NCBI GenBank assembly: GCA_041661245.1
Contig: JBAZUY010000001.1
Span: 294,876-358,875, forward strand
Reading direction: 5' to 3'
DNA: 64,000 bases
Source of the DNA: an archaeon
Lineage (GTDB): Archaea > Iainarchaeota > Iainarchaeia > Iainarchaeales > JAAZKV01
Under the pieces are notes generated by a model. It did no database searches. It saw only the letters and a list, made by a program, of their open reading frames with translations, and had not been told where the DNA came from. Numbering within the stretch: the first letter of the stretch is position 1; the number at the start of each line of letters is the position of its first letter. A program made the translations under genes and the position numbers. Below, in pieces: positions 54,084 to 63,729 of this stretch.

Positions 54084-55428
54084 TATTTTAGATCAGATAG
54101 TGGAGAACAAAAGAAAGGAAGTTTTAATTTCTAAGAAAAAACTCCCTCTTGCAAAACTCCAAAAAGGACTGCTTCCTAGCGAGAAAAACTTCTTTTCCGC
54201 ACTAAAAGGAAAAAACAACATTATTGCAGAAATAAAATACAAATCCCCTTCAGCAGGGAAGATTGGAAAAAAGAGATCAATTAAAGAAATTGCAACTGCT
54301 TACAACAAATACGCAAGTGCAATCTCTGTACTCACTGATAAAAAATTCTTTGCAGGAGATTTGAAGTACATTAAAGAAACAAAAAAATACACCCAGTTAC
54401 CAATACTTAGAAAAGATTTCATTATTGATGAATACCAAATATACGAAGCAAGATATTTTGGGGCAGATGCCATATTACTAATTGCATCAATACTTTCTGC
54501 TGAAGAAATTGAGAAATATTTATTCATTGCACGAAAACTTGGAATGGAAGCTTTAGTTGAAACAAAAACAAAAGAAGAAATAGAAAAAGTACTTCGTACA
54601 AGTGCAAGAATAATTGGAATTAATAATAGAAATTTAGCGGATTTCAAAATTACGCTTAATACTACAAAGGAACTAAAAAAACTAATCCCTGCCGAGCGAA
54701 TTGTTGTTAGTGAATCAGGGATTTACACAAAAGCAGACATTTTGGACCTTGACACAAATGCAGCACTAATTGGAACTTCTTTAATTGAAGCAAAAGATAT
54801 TAGTGAAAAACTCTCTTCCCTTCACAAAGTAAAAGTAAAAATCTGCGGAATCACAAATTTAGAAGATGCAAAAAATGCAATAGACGCAGGAGCAGACATT
54901 TTGGGATTTAATTTTTATACAAAAAGCCCGCGATATATACCGACTGCAAAAGCAACTGAAATAATTAAGAACTTGCCAAACACCGTACAAACTGTAGGAG
55001 TATTTGTAAACTCTCCTGCAAAAGAAGTTAAAGAAATCCAAAAACAAACCGGAATTGATTTCATTCAATTACACGGAGATGAAACAGAAAAATTTTGCAA
55101 ACAAATTGGAGCAAACACAATAAAAGCCCAAAGAGTAAAAGAAAAACTACCCACGGAGAAAGAATTGATTTACGCAAGACTATATGACACCTTCGACCCT
55201 AACGCATTTGGAGGAACTGGAAAAACATTCGATAAGAAACTATTAAAACAGGCAAAAGGCAAAATAATTGTAGCTGGCGGGCTAAAAATAGATAATGTAA
55301 ATGAATCCATTCAGTCAATTCACCCCTACGCACTAGACACTTGCTCGGGAGTAGAAAGCACCCTTGGAAAGAAAGATAAAACAAAAATGATTAATTTTAT
55401 TCAAAAGGTGAGAGAAAATGACAATTAA
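54076..55428 (+). CDS. trpCF: Fused indole-3-glycerol-phosphate synthase / phosphoribosylanthranilate isomerase
   Basis: N-terminal half ILDQIVENKRKEV, AEIKYKSPSAG and ILRKDFIIDEYQI. C-terminal half VKICGITNLEDA. Confidence 0.9.
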   Translation: MPDILDQIVENKRKEVLISKKKLPLAKLQKGLLPSEKNFFSALKGKNNIIAEIKYKSPSAGKIGKKRSIKEIATAYNKYASAISVLTDKKFFAGDLKYIKETKKYTQLPILRKDFIIDEYQIYEARYFGADAILLIASILSAEEIEKYLFIARKLGMEALVETKTKEEIEKVLRTSARIIGINNRNLADFKITLNTTKELKKLIPAERIVVSESGIYTKADILDLDTNAALIGTSLIEAKDISEKLSSLHKVKVKICGITNLEDAKNAIDAGADILGFNFYTKSPRYIPTAKATEIIKNLPNTVQTVGVFVNSPAKEVKEIQKQTGIDFIQLHGDETEKFCKQIGANTIKAQRVKEKLPTEKELIYARLYDTFDPNAFGGTGKTFDKKLLKQAKGKIIVAGGLKIDNVNESIQSIHPYALDTCSGVESTLGKKDKTKMINFIQKVRENDN

Positions 55429-56899
55429 AATTACTACAAAAATCACCCCAATAAAATACACTAATCCTTTCGATTTGTACTCCAAGCTAAGCAATAAAGG
55501 AAACTTACTGAGTTTATTATTTGAATCAAAATCACCAAATCAAAAATATGAAAGAAAAAGCATGATTGTGGCAGACCTAGCTTTAAAGATTGTTGGAAAA
55601 AATGAAAACTTTAGCGTAATTGCATTAAACAAAGCGGGAGAGAAATTACTTTCTAACTTTTCCAAAAAAGATTTTACTTATTCAACAAATTTCACACAGG
55701 ATAAAAGAAATATTTCAGGCAAAGTAGAAAAGAAAGAAAATAATGAATTAAGCGAAGAGGAAAATGAGAAACTGGCAAACATTTCATTTGTAATAAAAAC
55801 AATCCTTGCAAAATTCGAGTCCGAGAACTCGTATGCTGGACTTTATGGAGTATTTGCTTATGATTTTGCCAAAAACTTTTACAAGGTAAAAGAGAAACAA
55901 ATAGATCTTGGAGAAAAAGACTTCGAACTCTTTTTACCAACAAAAGTTTATGTGATGTATGACGATGAAAAACGAGCAGAGGAACTGAACTTTTATTTTA
56001 ATGGAAAAAAGTTTTCTAGCGAAAACCCAATTAAAGGATTTGAATTCAAAAAAGAAACAAATAAAATAGAATATGATCTTAGCGACGAAGAATACAAAAA
56101 AATCGTTGGAAAAGCAATTACCGATATCAAAAATGGGCGAGTGATGCAATGTGTCTTATCAAGAAAAACAACCGTGCCTTTGCAAAAGCACCCATTTGAA
56201 TCATACCGTGAACTAAGAGAAACAAATCCCTCCCCTTATTCATTTTATTATAACCTTGGAGAAAATGAAATCCTTTACGGAGCTTCACCAGAAATGCACA
56301 TTAAAATTGACATTACCCCAAGAGGAAAAGAAATACAAATTCGACCAATCGCAGGAACAATAATGCGATCGGCAAATCCTTTAGAGGATGCGGAGAATAG
56401 AAAACAATTACTTAATGATGAAAAAGAAATAAGAGAGCACACAATGCTAGTGGATCTTGCAAGACACGAACTATACAAATTATGTAATTCTCAAAGTGTA
56501 GAAGTAACAGATCTTTACACGCTCGAACACTATCCTAACCTTTACCATTTAGTTTCAGGGGTTAAAGGAATATTAAAGAAAAATAACAATGCAATTGATG
56601 CACTACTTGTAACTCTTCCTGCAGGCACATTAAGCGGAGCACCAAAACAAGAATCAATGAACATGATTGAACAATATGAAGGATCAAAGCGAGGATTTTA
56701 TGGAGGAGCAAGCGGGGTAGTTTCATTTAACGGAGCATGCAACACAGGAATCACAATCAGATCTGTGCACGTAAGAAACAATAAATCAGAAATCCGCGGA
56801 GGAGCAGGAGTAGTTGCTTTATCCACCCCCGAAGGAGAATTACAAGAAATTAAACTAAAAATATCAAAAGCAATGAGTGTACTGGAGGAGAAAAAATGA
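55418..56899 (+). CDS. trpE: Anthranilate synthase component I
   Basis: LYGASPEMH, GTLSGAPK and RGFYGGASG. Confidence 0.9.
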   Translation: MTIKITTKITPIKYTNPFDLYSKLSNKGNLLSLLFESKSPNQKYERKSMIVADLALKIVGKNENFSVIALNKAGEKLLSNFSKKDFTYSTNFTQDKRNISGKVEKKENNELSEEENEKLANISFVIKTILAKFESENSYAGLYGVFAYDFAKNFYKVKEKQIDLGEKDFELFLPTKVYVMYDDEKRAEELNFYFNGKKFSSENPIKGFEFKKETNKIEYDLSDEEYKKIVGKAITDIKNGRVMQCVLSRKTTVPLQKHPFESYRELRETNPSPYSFYYNLGENEILYGASPEMHIKIDITPRGKEIQIRPIAGTIMRSANPLEDAENRKQLLNDEKEIREHTMLVDLARHELYKLCNSQSVEVTDLYTLEHYPNLYHLVSGVKGILKKNNNAIDALLVTLPAGTLSGAPKQESMNMIEQYEGSKRGFYGGASGVVSFNGACNTGITIRSVHVRNNKSEIRGGAGVVALSTPEGELQEIKLKISKAMSVLEEKK

Positions 56900-58539
56900 A
56901 AATAGTTTTTATTGACAATTATGATTCCTTTGCAAATACAATTGCAGCATACTTTGCTAATGCCGGCGCAGAAGTAGTAATGTACAACTCAAACTGTTCA
57001 ATTGAAACAATAAAAAAACAAAAACCTGACCTTATTTTACTTGGGCCAGGACCTAACGGACCAAGAGAAGCAGGAAATTATTTAGAAGTAATTGATAAAT
57101 TCCATAAAACTACCCCAATTTTTGGAATATGTTTAGGATTTCAAGCAATAATGGAATACTTTGGAGAAAGCGTAAAACCATTAGCGGAAGTAATGCATGG
57201 ACAAGCAAGTGAAGTAGAACATGATGGAAAAACAATTTTCCGAGGAATTGCACCAAAACAAAAATTCGCAAGGTATCATTCATTAGGAGTACTAAAAGTT
57301 CCTGAATGTTTTGAGTTATCTGCAAAAGCAGGAAATGTAGTGATGTCTGCAAGACACAAAACATACCAAGTGGAAGGAGTACAATTCCACCCCGAATCAA
57401 TTCTCTCAATGCACAACGAAGGCGGGGAAAAACTTATTGAAAATATAATAAACCAATGTGGAAAAGTGCGCGATAACACTACAAGCAACATAAGTTTTGG
57501 AAAAGAAACTCTTCCAATCAATCAAACATCAAATAATCTTAAAGAAATAATAAAAAAAGTAATTCAAAAGGAAGAACTAAACGAAAAAGACGTGGAGGAA
57601 ATTGTTACTTTGATTGAACAAAACACATTTATCCCAACTCAACTCGCAGGATTACTTTGTGCACTTGAAACAAAAAAAATAACTGCAAATGAACTTTCAC
57701 TACTTGTTGAAAAATTAATTCAGAAAGCACAAACTGTTGACCTCGGAAAGGATTGCATTGATGTTTGCGGAACTGGAGGGGATGGAAAAAATACATTTAA
57801 TATTTCCACAGCAACGATGTTTGTTATAGCGGGAGCAGGAGTTAAAGTTGCAAAACACGGAAACAAAGCGGTATCCTCAAGCAGCGGGAGCTTTGATGCT
57901 CTTGAAGCCCTAGGAATTAATACTGCCAACATAACGATTAATCCAAAAGAAACAATGAATAAAACTGGAATTGCATTTTTATTCGCACAAAAACACCACC
58001 CTTTATTCAAAAATGTTGGGCCACTTCGAAAAGAACTGGGAGTTAAAACAGTATTCAATTTAATGGGACCTCTACTTAATCCTGCAAAAACTAAAAAACA
58101 ATTAATGGGAGTATTTAATCCAGAACTCACAGAAACAATTGCAGAAGTAATGAAGAAAAGAGGAATAGAAAGAGCAATGGTCGTTAATGGAGAAGGACTT
58201 GACGAAATAACAATTACTGGAAAAACAAAAATAACTCAACTTGAAAAAAGCAAAATCACAACAACATATTTTGATCCAAAAGAATTTGGATTCAACTATG
58301 CAAAATTTTCTGAACTTGAGGCAAAAACAAAAGAAGAAAGCGCACAAATAATACTTGACATCTTAAACGGAAAGAAAGGAGCAAAAAGAGACATAGTTGT
58401 GCTAAATGCTGCAGCAGCACTTATTGTTGCAGGAAAAGCAAAGGATTTCAAAGAGGGAATAAAATTAGCTCAAGAGTCAATTGATTCAGGCAACGCACTA
58501 AATACATTTGAAGAACTCAAGAAAACTTCTCAAAGTTAA
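56896..58539 (+). CDS. trpGD: Fused anthranilate synthase component II (glutamine amidotransferase) / anthranilate phosphoribosyltransferase
   Basis: IDNYDSF and GICLGFQAI (GATase Cys), then CGTGGDGKNTFNISTA and KHGNKAVSSSSGSFDALEALG. Confidence 0.9.
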   Translation: MKIVFIDNYDSFANTIAAYFANAGAEVVMYNSNCSIETIKKQKPDLILLGPGPNGPREAGNYLEVIDKFHKTTPIFGICLGFQAIMEYFGESVKPLAEVMHGQASEVEHDGKTIFRGIAPKQKFARYHSLGVLKVPECFELSAKAGNVVMSARHKTYQVEGVQFHPESILSMHNEGGEKLIENIINQCGKVRDNTTSNISFGKETLPINQTSNNLKEIIKKVIQKEELNEKDVEEIVTLIEQNTFIPTQLAGLLCALETKKITANELSLLVEKLIQKAQTVDLGKDCIDVCGTGGDGKNTFNISTATMFVIAGAGVKVAKHGNKAVSSSSGSFDALEALGINTANITINPKETMNKTGIAFLFAQKHHPLFKNVGPLRKELGVKTVFNLMGPLLNPAKTKKQLMGVFNPELTETIAEVMKKRGIERAMVVNGEGLDEITITGKTKITQLEKSKITTTYFDPKEFGFNYAKFSELEAKTKEESAQIILDILNGKKGAKRDIVVLNAAAALIVAGKAKDFKEGIKLAQESIDSGNALNTFEELKKTSQS

Positions 58540-58587
58540 ATCCAAAACAACACAAGGCTAAGTTTAAAAAAGACAAGAAAACAAGTA

Positions 58588-59715
58588 ATGTTTAATCAAA
58601 GTGAAAAAATGACTGAAAAAGAAAAAGTAGTGGTGGATCCATGGGGAAGCGACCTTGTGGAGGATTACACAAGACTCCAAAAAGAATTTGGAATGAGCGA
58701 ATTTGATAAAACAATGTTCCCTGAACCAAATTTACAAATGCGAAGAGGAGTAAACTTCGGCATACAAGACGCTGAAGCTATAGCTACCGCTATCAAGAAC
58801 AAAAAACCATTTTACGTACTAAGCGGAATAATGCCTTCAAGCGAAAAAATACACTTAGGAACAGAAACAGTAATTCAAAATATTAGATACTTCCAAGACC
58901 ATGGAGCAAAAACCTACGTTGTAATTGCGGATGTTGAATCCCAAGCAACAAGAGGAATAACTCTTGAAGAAGGGAAAAAAAGAGCTCTTGAATTTCACAT
59001 TCCCGCATATATTGCACTAGGCCTCGACCCAGCAAAAACAAATTTTTATTTGCAAAGCGAAAACAAGAAAGTTTCAAACCTTGCGGCAATAGCCTCACAA
59101 AAAGTAACAGAGAATGAATTTAGAGCAATCTATGGTTCAGTTCATCCAGCAAAAGTAATGAGTGCATTTACACAAATGGGAGATATACTCTACCCACAGT
59201 TAGCTGAAAAAATGCCAGGAATAATCCCTGTTGGAATTGATCAAGCCCCACACATTAGAATGGTCAGAGATGTTGCAAGAAGACTAAAAGCAGAATACGG
59301 ATTCTTTTTGCCAAGTGCATTGTACAATAAATATACTTCAGCACTTGATGGATCATTTAAGATGAGTAAAAGTGCTAGCGAACTAGGAAAAATAGAAATC
59401 CCTGAAAAAGACTTGGGAGTACTTGAAAAGAAAATAAACAAAACTCTAACAGGGGGAAGAGCAACACGCGAAGAACAAAAAGCAAAAGGTGGAGACATTG
59501 CAAAATGCATTGTTTACGAGTACTGCAAAAACCATTTTATTAAAGACGACAAAATACTTCAAACAATGTTTGAAGAATGCACTACTGGAAAAAATCTTTG
59601 CGGAGAATGTAAAGCAAAATACCCAGTACCTTATGCTAAAAAGTTCTATGAAGATTTTAATAAAAAGTTTGAGGAAGCAAAAAAAACTATTGGAAAACTA
59701 AGGTTTGTTGATTAA
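58588..59715 (+). CDS. trpS: Tryptophanyl-tRNA synthetase (archaeal/eukaryotic type)
   Basis: GIMPSSEKIHLG (HIGH-like), FKMSKS (KMSKS) and AKCIVYEYC. 48 nt after trpGD on the same strand. Confidence 0.9.
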   Translation: MFNQSEKMTEKEKVVVDPWGSDLVEDYTRLQKEFGMSEFDKTMFPEPNLQMRRGVNFGIQDAEAIATAIKNKKPFYVLSGIMPSSEKIHLGTETVIQNIRYFQDHGAKTYVVIADVESQATRGITLEEGKKRALEFHIPAYIALGLDPAKTNFYLQSENKKVSNLAAIASQKVTENEFRAIYGSVHPAKVMSAFTQMGDILYPQLAEKMPGIIPVGIDQAPHIRMVRDVARRLKAEYGFFLPSALYNKYTSALDGSFKMSKSASELGKIEIPEKDLGVLEKKINKTLTGGRATREEQKAKGGDIAKCIVYEYCKNHFIKDDKILQTMFEECTTGKNLCGECKAKYPVPYAKKFYEDFNKKFEEAKKTIGKLRFVD

Positions 59716-60480
59716 ATGAAATATACTTCTTCACAAAGAAGCGCAGCTTCCCAAGCTAAATCAAGACACACAAAAATACCTTTTACTAAAGCCTTAGGAC
59801 AAGTACTTGAAGCAAGTTCAAAAGCAAGAGCAAGAAATAGGGCTGAAAAACTAAGTGAACTACGAAGATTCACTTGGATGCTAAAAAGAGCAGGATTTAA
59901 AGATGCAAGCAATATGGGCGCAGGAGTGGATATTTCAATTGAAACTGTAATCAGAGGAAAAAAAGTAAAAATAACTGCCGACCAAAAAGTTGCTAACGGT
60001 GGAAAACACGGAGACGGAGCAATAGAAACAAGAATACAAAACAAGCAACTTTACAACAAAGCAGATTGGATAATCGTATTAAACAAAGAAAGAACAATGG
60101 AAGCTTTCCCTGCTGAAGCACTAGCCAGATTTGTAAAACAACAATTTGGAAGCTTAAGATTTTACGAACGCAGAAAAAAATATGATGTTTATTCAGTAAG
60201 ACTAGCAGACCTTTACAGATTTATGAAACAAATATTAGAATCTGAACCAATAAAAATAGGATTAAGCAAAGAAGCAGGAAAGTTGCTTATTGAAGAAATG
60301 ATTAAACGCGAAAGAGCAAAGTTACCCCCACTAGCTAAACCAAAAAATCCGCCAATTTATAGAGGCCCTGTTAGAAAAGGATTAACAAGAGCAAAAAATG
60401 CTAAAGCACCAAACACCCCACTTAGAAGCAGGCAGAGAATATTTGATAGAAAAGTTAATCCAGGGATAAGACAAAAGTAA
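59716..60480 (+). CDS. Hypothetical protein with PD-(D/E)xK-like motif, paralogue A
   Basis: The start abuts the trpS stop. GVDISIE...KITADQK...NKADWIIVLNKE...FPAEALARFVKQQ. Basic P/K/R-rich tail. Confidence 0.45.
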   Translation: MKYTSSQRSAASQAKSRHTKIPFTKALGQVLEASSKARARNRAEKLSELRRFTWMLKRAGFKDASNMGAGVDISIETVIRGKKVKITADQKVANGGKHGDGAIETRIQNKQLYNKADWIIVLNKERTMEAFPAEALARFVKQQFGSLRFYERRKKYDVYSVRLADLYRFMKQILESEPIKIGLSKEAGKLLIEEMIKRERAKLPPLAKPKNPPIYRGPVRKGLTRAKNAKAPNTPLRSRQRIFDRKVNPGIRQK

Positions 60481-60538
60481 AACTAACCCAAGTCCTTATC
60501 CAACATAGTAATAAAAACTATAATGCTGTTAGACTAGT

Positions 60539-61231
60539 GTGATGTTTGAAACCCCAAACACTGCCTTTTTGCCAGAACTGGAGTTCTTGCTAGAAATATC
60601 TCGCGCTAAAAACTGTCGCAAACATTCATTCTCAAAAAAACACTTTGACCACCACCACTTAGAGGCAACATGCTTGCTTCAAAATCAAATGAGAGAACGA
60701 TTGAAAAATATTATTCCCCGCGAAATGAAACCAATTGAAGATCCGCACTATGGCATCGATTATTTATATAACGAAATTACACTTGATCAAAAATTTTCTT
60801 TTGGAGGGCTAGGAGAGAACACAATAAAAGTCAGAGTAGATGAACGAAGACTAGTGAACAATTCTGATTGGACGATGATAATAAACAAAAATCACGAACT
60901 GGAATTTTTTCCAACAAAAAAACTTGCGCTATTTGTGAAAAAAAACTGGGGAATTGTTCAAAAAAGATTAGTTGGTAAAAAAGAAAGCTACTCCGAATAT
61001 GCCGTTAAAATTGATGAATTGTACATTATTGAAAAAGTAAAACCAATCCTATGCGAACTTGAAGAACACTCCATAAAAGAAGCCTTACACAAAATAACTC
61101 AAGAACAGGAAAAGATACTCGTGGAAGAAGCAATCCAATTTAACAAAACAATAGTTTACAAAACAAAAATGCTTTGTTTTGAACCAATACTTGCGAAAAT
61201 TGCGGCAGGAGAGCAGAGAATTAACCCTTAA
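60539..61231 (+). CDS. Hypothetical protein with PD-(D/E)xK-like motif, paralogue B
   Basis: GIDYLYNEITLDQK...NNSDWTMIINKN...FPTKKLALFVKKN aligns by eye with paralogue A. Confidence 0.45.
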   Translation: MMFETPNTAFLPELEFLLEISRAKNCRKHSFSKKHFDHHHLEATCLLQNQMRERLKNIIPREMKPIEDPHYGIDYLYNEITLDQKFSFGGLGENTIKVRVDERRLVNNSDWTMIINKNHELEFFPTKKLALFVKKNWGIVQKRLVGKKESYSEYAVKIDELYIIEKVKPILCELEEHSIKEALHKITQEQEKILVEEAIQFNKTIVYKTKMLCFEPILAKIAAGEQRINP

Positions 61232-61253
61232 ATAGAAGACCGTCTAAATATAT

Positions 61254-61772
61254 TTGATGACTACAAAAAAGAAGGTTTCCTTACGAGAAGCAACAATAGA
61301 TGACTCAGAATTTGTTTATGCGCTAACGAAAGACAAAGACTACCAGAAGTATTTTCCATCAAATTTAATCGCAACTGATTTAGAAGATCAAAAAAGAAAA
61401 CTAAGACATTTTGTTGCACAAATGCAAAACCAGAATGGATACTATTTCATAATTTTGTTTGGAAAAGAAAAAGCAGGAATCTTAGATTTGTATAAGATAG
61501 ACCGGAAAAACAACCGTGCAGCAATAGGATATGGAATTGACAAAAAATATTGGGGGAAAGGAATAGCAACTACTGCATTAAAAGAAGCAATGAAATATTC
61601 TAAAGAAAAACAAAAACTCCACGCACTTGCCGCATACATTCACCCAAAAAATATTGCAAGCCAAAAAGTAATGAAAAAATGCAAGTTCAAAAAAGTTGGA
61701 ACCCTAAAGGATTATGATTTTGAGAAAGGAAAATATGAAGACCAAGTATTATACTGGAAAATATTAAAGTGA
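61254..61772 (+). CDS. GNAT acetyltransferase (RimJ/RimL-like)
   Basis: GYGIDKKYWGKGIATTALKEAMKY and IHPKNIASQKVMKKCKFKKVG. Confidence 0.75.
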   Translation: MMTTKKKVSLREATIDDSEFVYALTKDKDYQKYFPSNLIATDLEDQKRKLRHFVAQMQNQNGYYFIILFGKEKAGILDLYKIDRKNNRAAIGYGIDKKYWGKGIATTALKEAMKYSKEKQKLHALAAYIHPKNIASQKVMKKCKFKKVGTLKDYDFEKGKYEDQVLYWKILK

Positions 61773-61776
61773 TAAA

Positions 61777-62121
61777 ATGCCACACAAACACCTATTAAGA
61801 CTCACAAGCGCAAGGGGCGTAGAAGCAGGACTTGAATCCTATAAAGCCCTTCTTGAGAGAGAACACTCCGCCAAAAGCAGGATAGCAACAAGAAATGGAA
61901 TTACAAGAAGATTGCTTGGCATTCTTGAACAACATGAAAAGTACGGACACAACGAAATACAAATGCAAGCCATACGAACAATAATAAGCGAACTCAGAAA
62001 AGCCAAGACACCTAAACAAATAGAAAGAATACTCATGATAACTTGTCTTTTAAAACAAACCCCTGCTCACCTCTACACTTCAACAAAAAAACTAAAAATA
62101 GAGCCAAATCCGCATAAATAG
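61777..62121 (+). CDS. Hypothetical basic protein
   Basis: 114-aa ORF starting 4 nt after the GNAT stop. Confidence 0.35.
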   Translation: MPHKHLLRLTSARGVEAGLESYKALLEREHSAKSRIATRNGITRRLLGILEQHEKYGHNEIQMQAIRTIISELRKAKTPKQIERILMITCLLKQTPAHLYTSTKKLKIEPNPHK

Positions 62122-62388
62122 TCAAAATGTTACATCTAAACCTGCTTAGTCCTTATTAATCAAGCATGAAGAATATGTTTAGTGATTATGATGACTCAAA
62201 TGGATATCGAAATAATGCTGCAATTAAATGCTTTGATAAAACTTGAAGAGTCGTCAGAGTCGAGCTAATTCTTCGCTTAATTTTAATCCAAATTTGGACT
62301 AAATAGGCTGTTTTAAATGATTTTGTTAAATTAGAGTAAGTATTGAATAAACACACAATGAGATTATATTTGAATTGGAGATGATGAA

Positions 62389-63672
62389 ATGATTGACCCA
62401 AAAGTAATTAGAGAAAACTACATTGAAGTAAAACAAAACCTAGAAACACGAAGAGACTCGTCAATCATTGAAAAATTAGACAAGTGGACTGCACAGGACA
62501 AGGAATGGAGAACACTAAAACAAGAAGTTGATGATCTTCGCGGAAAAAGAAATACTATTACTGAAAGTATTAAAATGGCAAAAGGAAAAGGAGAAGACAT
62601 TGCTCCGCTACTTGAGAAAGCAAAAAAGCTTCCTGAAGAAATAAAGCAAAAAGAAACAAGACTAAAAGAGCTTGAGATTGAAAACAAGTCAATCTTAATG
62701 GGAATACCAAACATGCTTACCGAAGATGTCCCTTATGGAAAAGATGGCGACGACAATGTTGTTGTTAAAACATGGGGAACAGCAACAAAAAACACAAATC
62801 TAATCCACCATGGAGATTTAGCAAAAAATTTAGGACTGGCTGAATTTGACCGCGCAGTAAAAATTGCAGGAGAAGGATTCTATGCACTAAAAGGAGATTT
62901 GGCACTACTAAACCTTGCAATACTCCATTATGCAACTGAAAAATTAACGAGAAAAGGATTCTCAATGGTAATACCCCCATTCATGATGAATAGAAAAGCA
63001 TACGAAGGAGTAACGGATCTTGGAGACTTTGAAAGTGTAATGTACAAAGTCGAAAACGAAGATCACTACATGATTGCAACAGCAGAACATCCGCTTACTT
63101 CAATGCTAATGGACGAAACAATTGAAGAGAAAGATCTTCCAATAGTACAAGCAGGATACTCAATGAACTTTAGAAAAGAAATTGGAAAACACGGACTGGA
63201 TGAAAGAGGATTATTCAGACTCCACCAATTTGATAAAGTAGAACAAATAGTATTCTGCACTCCACAAGAAAGCCAAAAATGGCACGAAGAAATGGTAAAG
63301 AACGCAGAAGAACTTTGCAGGGATTTTGAAATACCCCATCGAGTAGTATTGATTTGCACAGGGGACATAGGGACTGTTGCTGCAAAGAAATATGATATTG
63401 AATGCTGGTCACCAAGAGAAGGAAAATACTTTGAAACACACTCCCTCTCAAACTGCACAACCTACCAAGCAACAAGACTTAATATAAAATATAAAAAAGC
63501 GAATGGAGAAAAAGAATTCCTTCACACGCTTAACGCAACAGAAGTGGCAATACCAAGAATGCTAAGAGCAATACTTGAAAACCACCAAACAGCAGAAGGA
63601 ACAATAAAAATTCCAAAAGCACTACAACCATACATGTTTGGTAAAACAGAAATCACAGGAAAGAAACAATAA
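62389..63672 (+). CDS. serS: Seryl-tRNA synthetase (standard type)
   Basis: N-terminal coiled coil, FRKEIGKHG, TGDIGTVAAKKYDIECW and SLSNCTTYQATRLNIKY. Confidence 0.93.
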   Translation: MIDPKVIRENYIEVKQNLETRRDSSIIEKLDKWTAQDKEWRTLKQEVDDLRGKRNTITESIKMAKGKGEDIAPLLEKAKKLPEEIKQKETRLKELEIENKSILMGIPNMLTEDVPYGKDGDDNVVVKTWGTATKNTNLIHHGDLAKNLGLAEFDRAVKIAGEGFYALKGDLALLNLAILHYATEKLTRKGFSMVIPPFMMNRKAYEGVTDLGDFESVMYKVENEDHYMIATAEHPLTSMLMDETIEEKDLPIVQAGYSMNFRKEIGKHGLDERGLFRLHQFDKVEQIVFCTPQESQKWHEEMVKNAEELCRDFEIPHRVVLICTGDIGTVAAKKYDIECWSPREGKYFETHSLSNCTTYQATRLNIKYKKANGEKEFLHTLNATEVAIPRMLRAILENHQTAEGTIKIPKALQPYMFGKTEITGKKQ

Positions 63673-63705
63673 TTTAGAATAAAACAAAAAATTAAATTGA
63701 CAAAG

Positions 63706-63729
63706 AATGAATTAGAAAATTCATTTTTT
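63706..63729 (+). terminator. Hairpin AATGAATT-agaa-AATTCATT plus T-run between convergent genes
   Basis: 8-bp perfect stem followed by TTTTT. It overlaps the stop codon of the convergent minus-strand ORF. Confidence 0.5.

Noticed and set aside
62181-62270. Possible box C/D sRNA (TATGATGA C-box-like at about 62187) in the 267-nt gap before serS
   Set aside because: There is no CTGA D box at the expected 3' position and no convincing C'/D' pair. TCGA and TCAG appear where CTGA is required. The minus strand lacks a C box.
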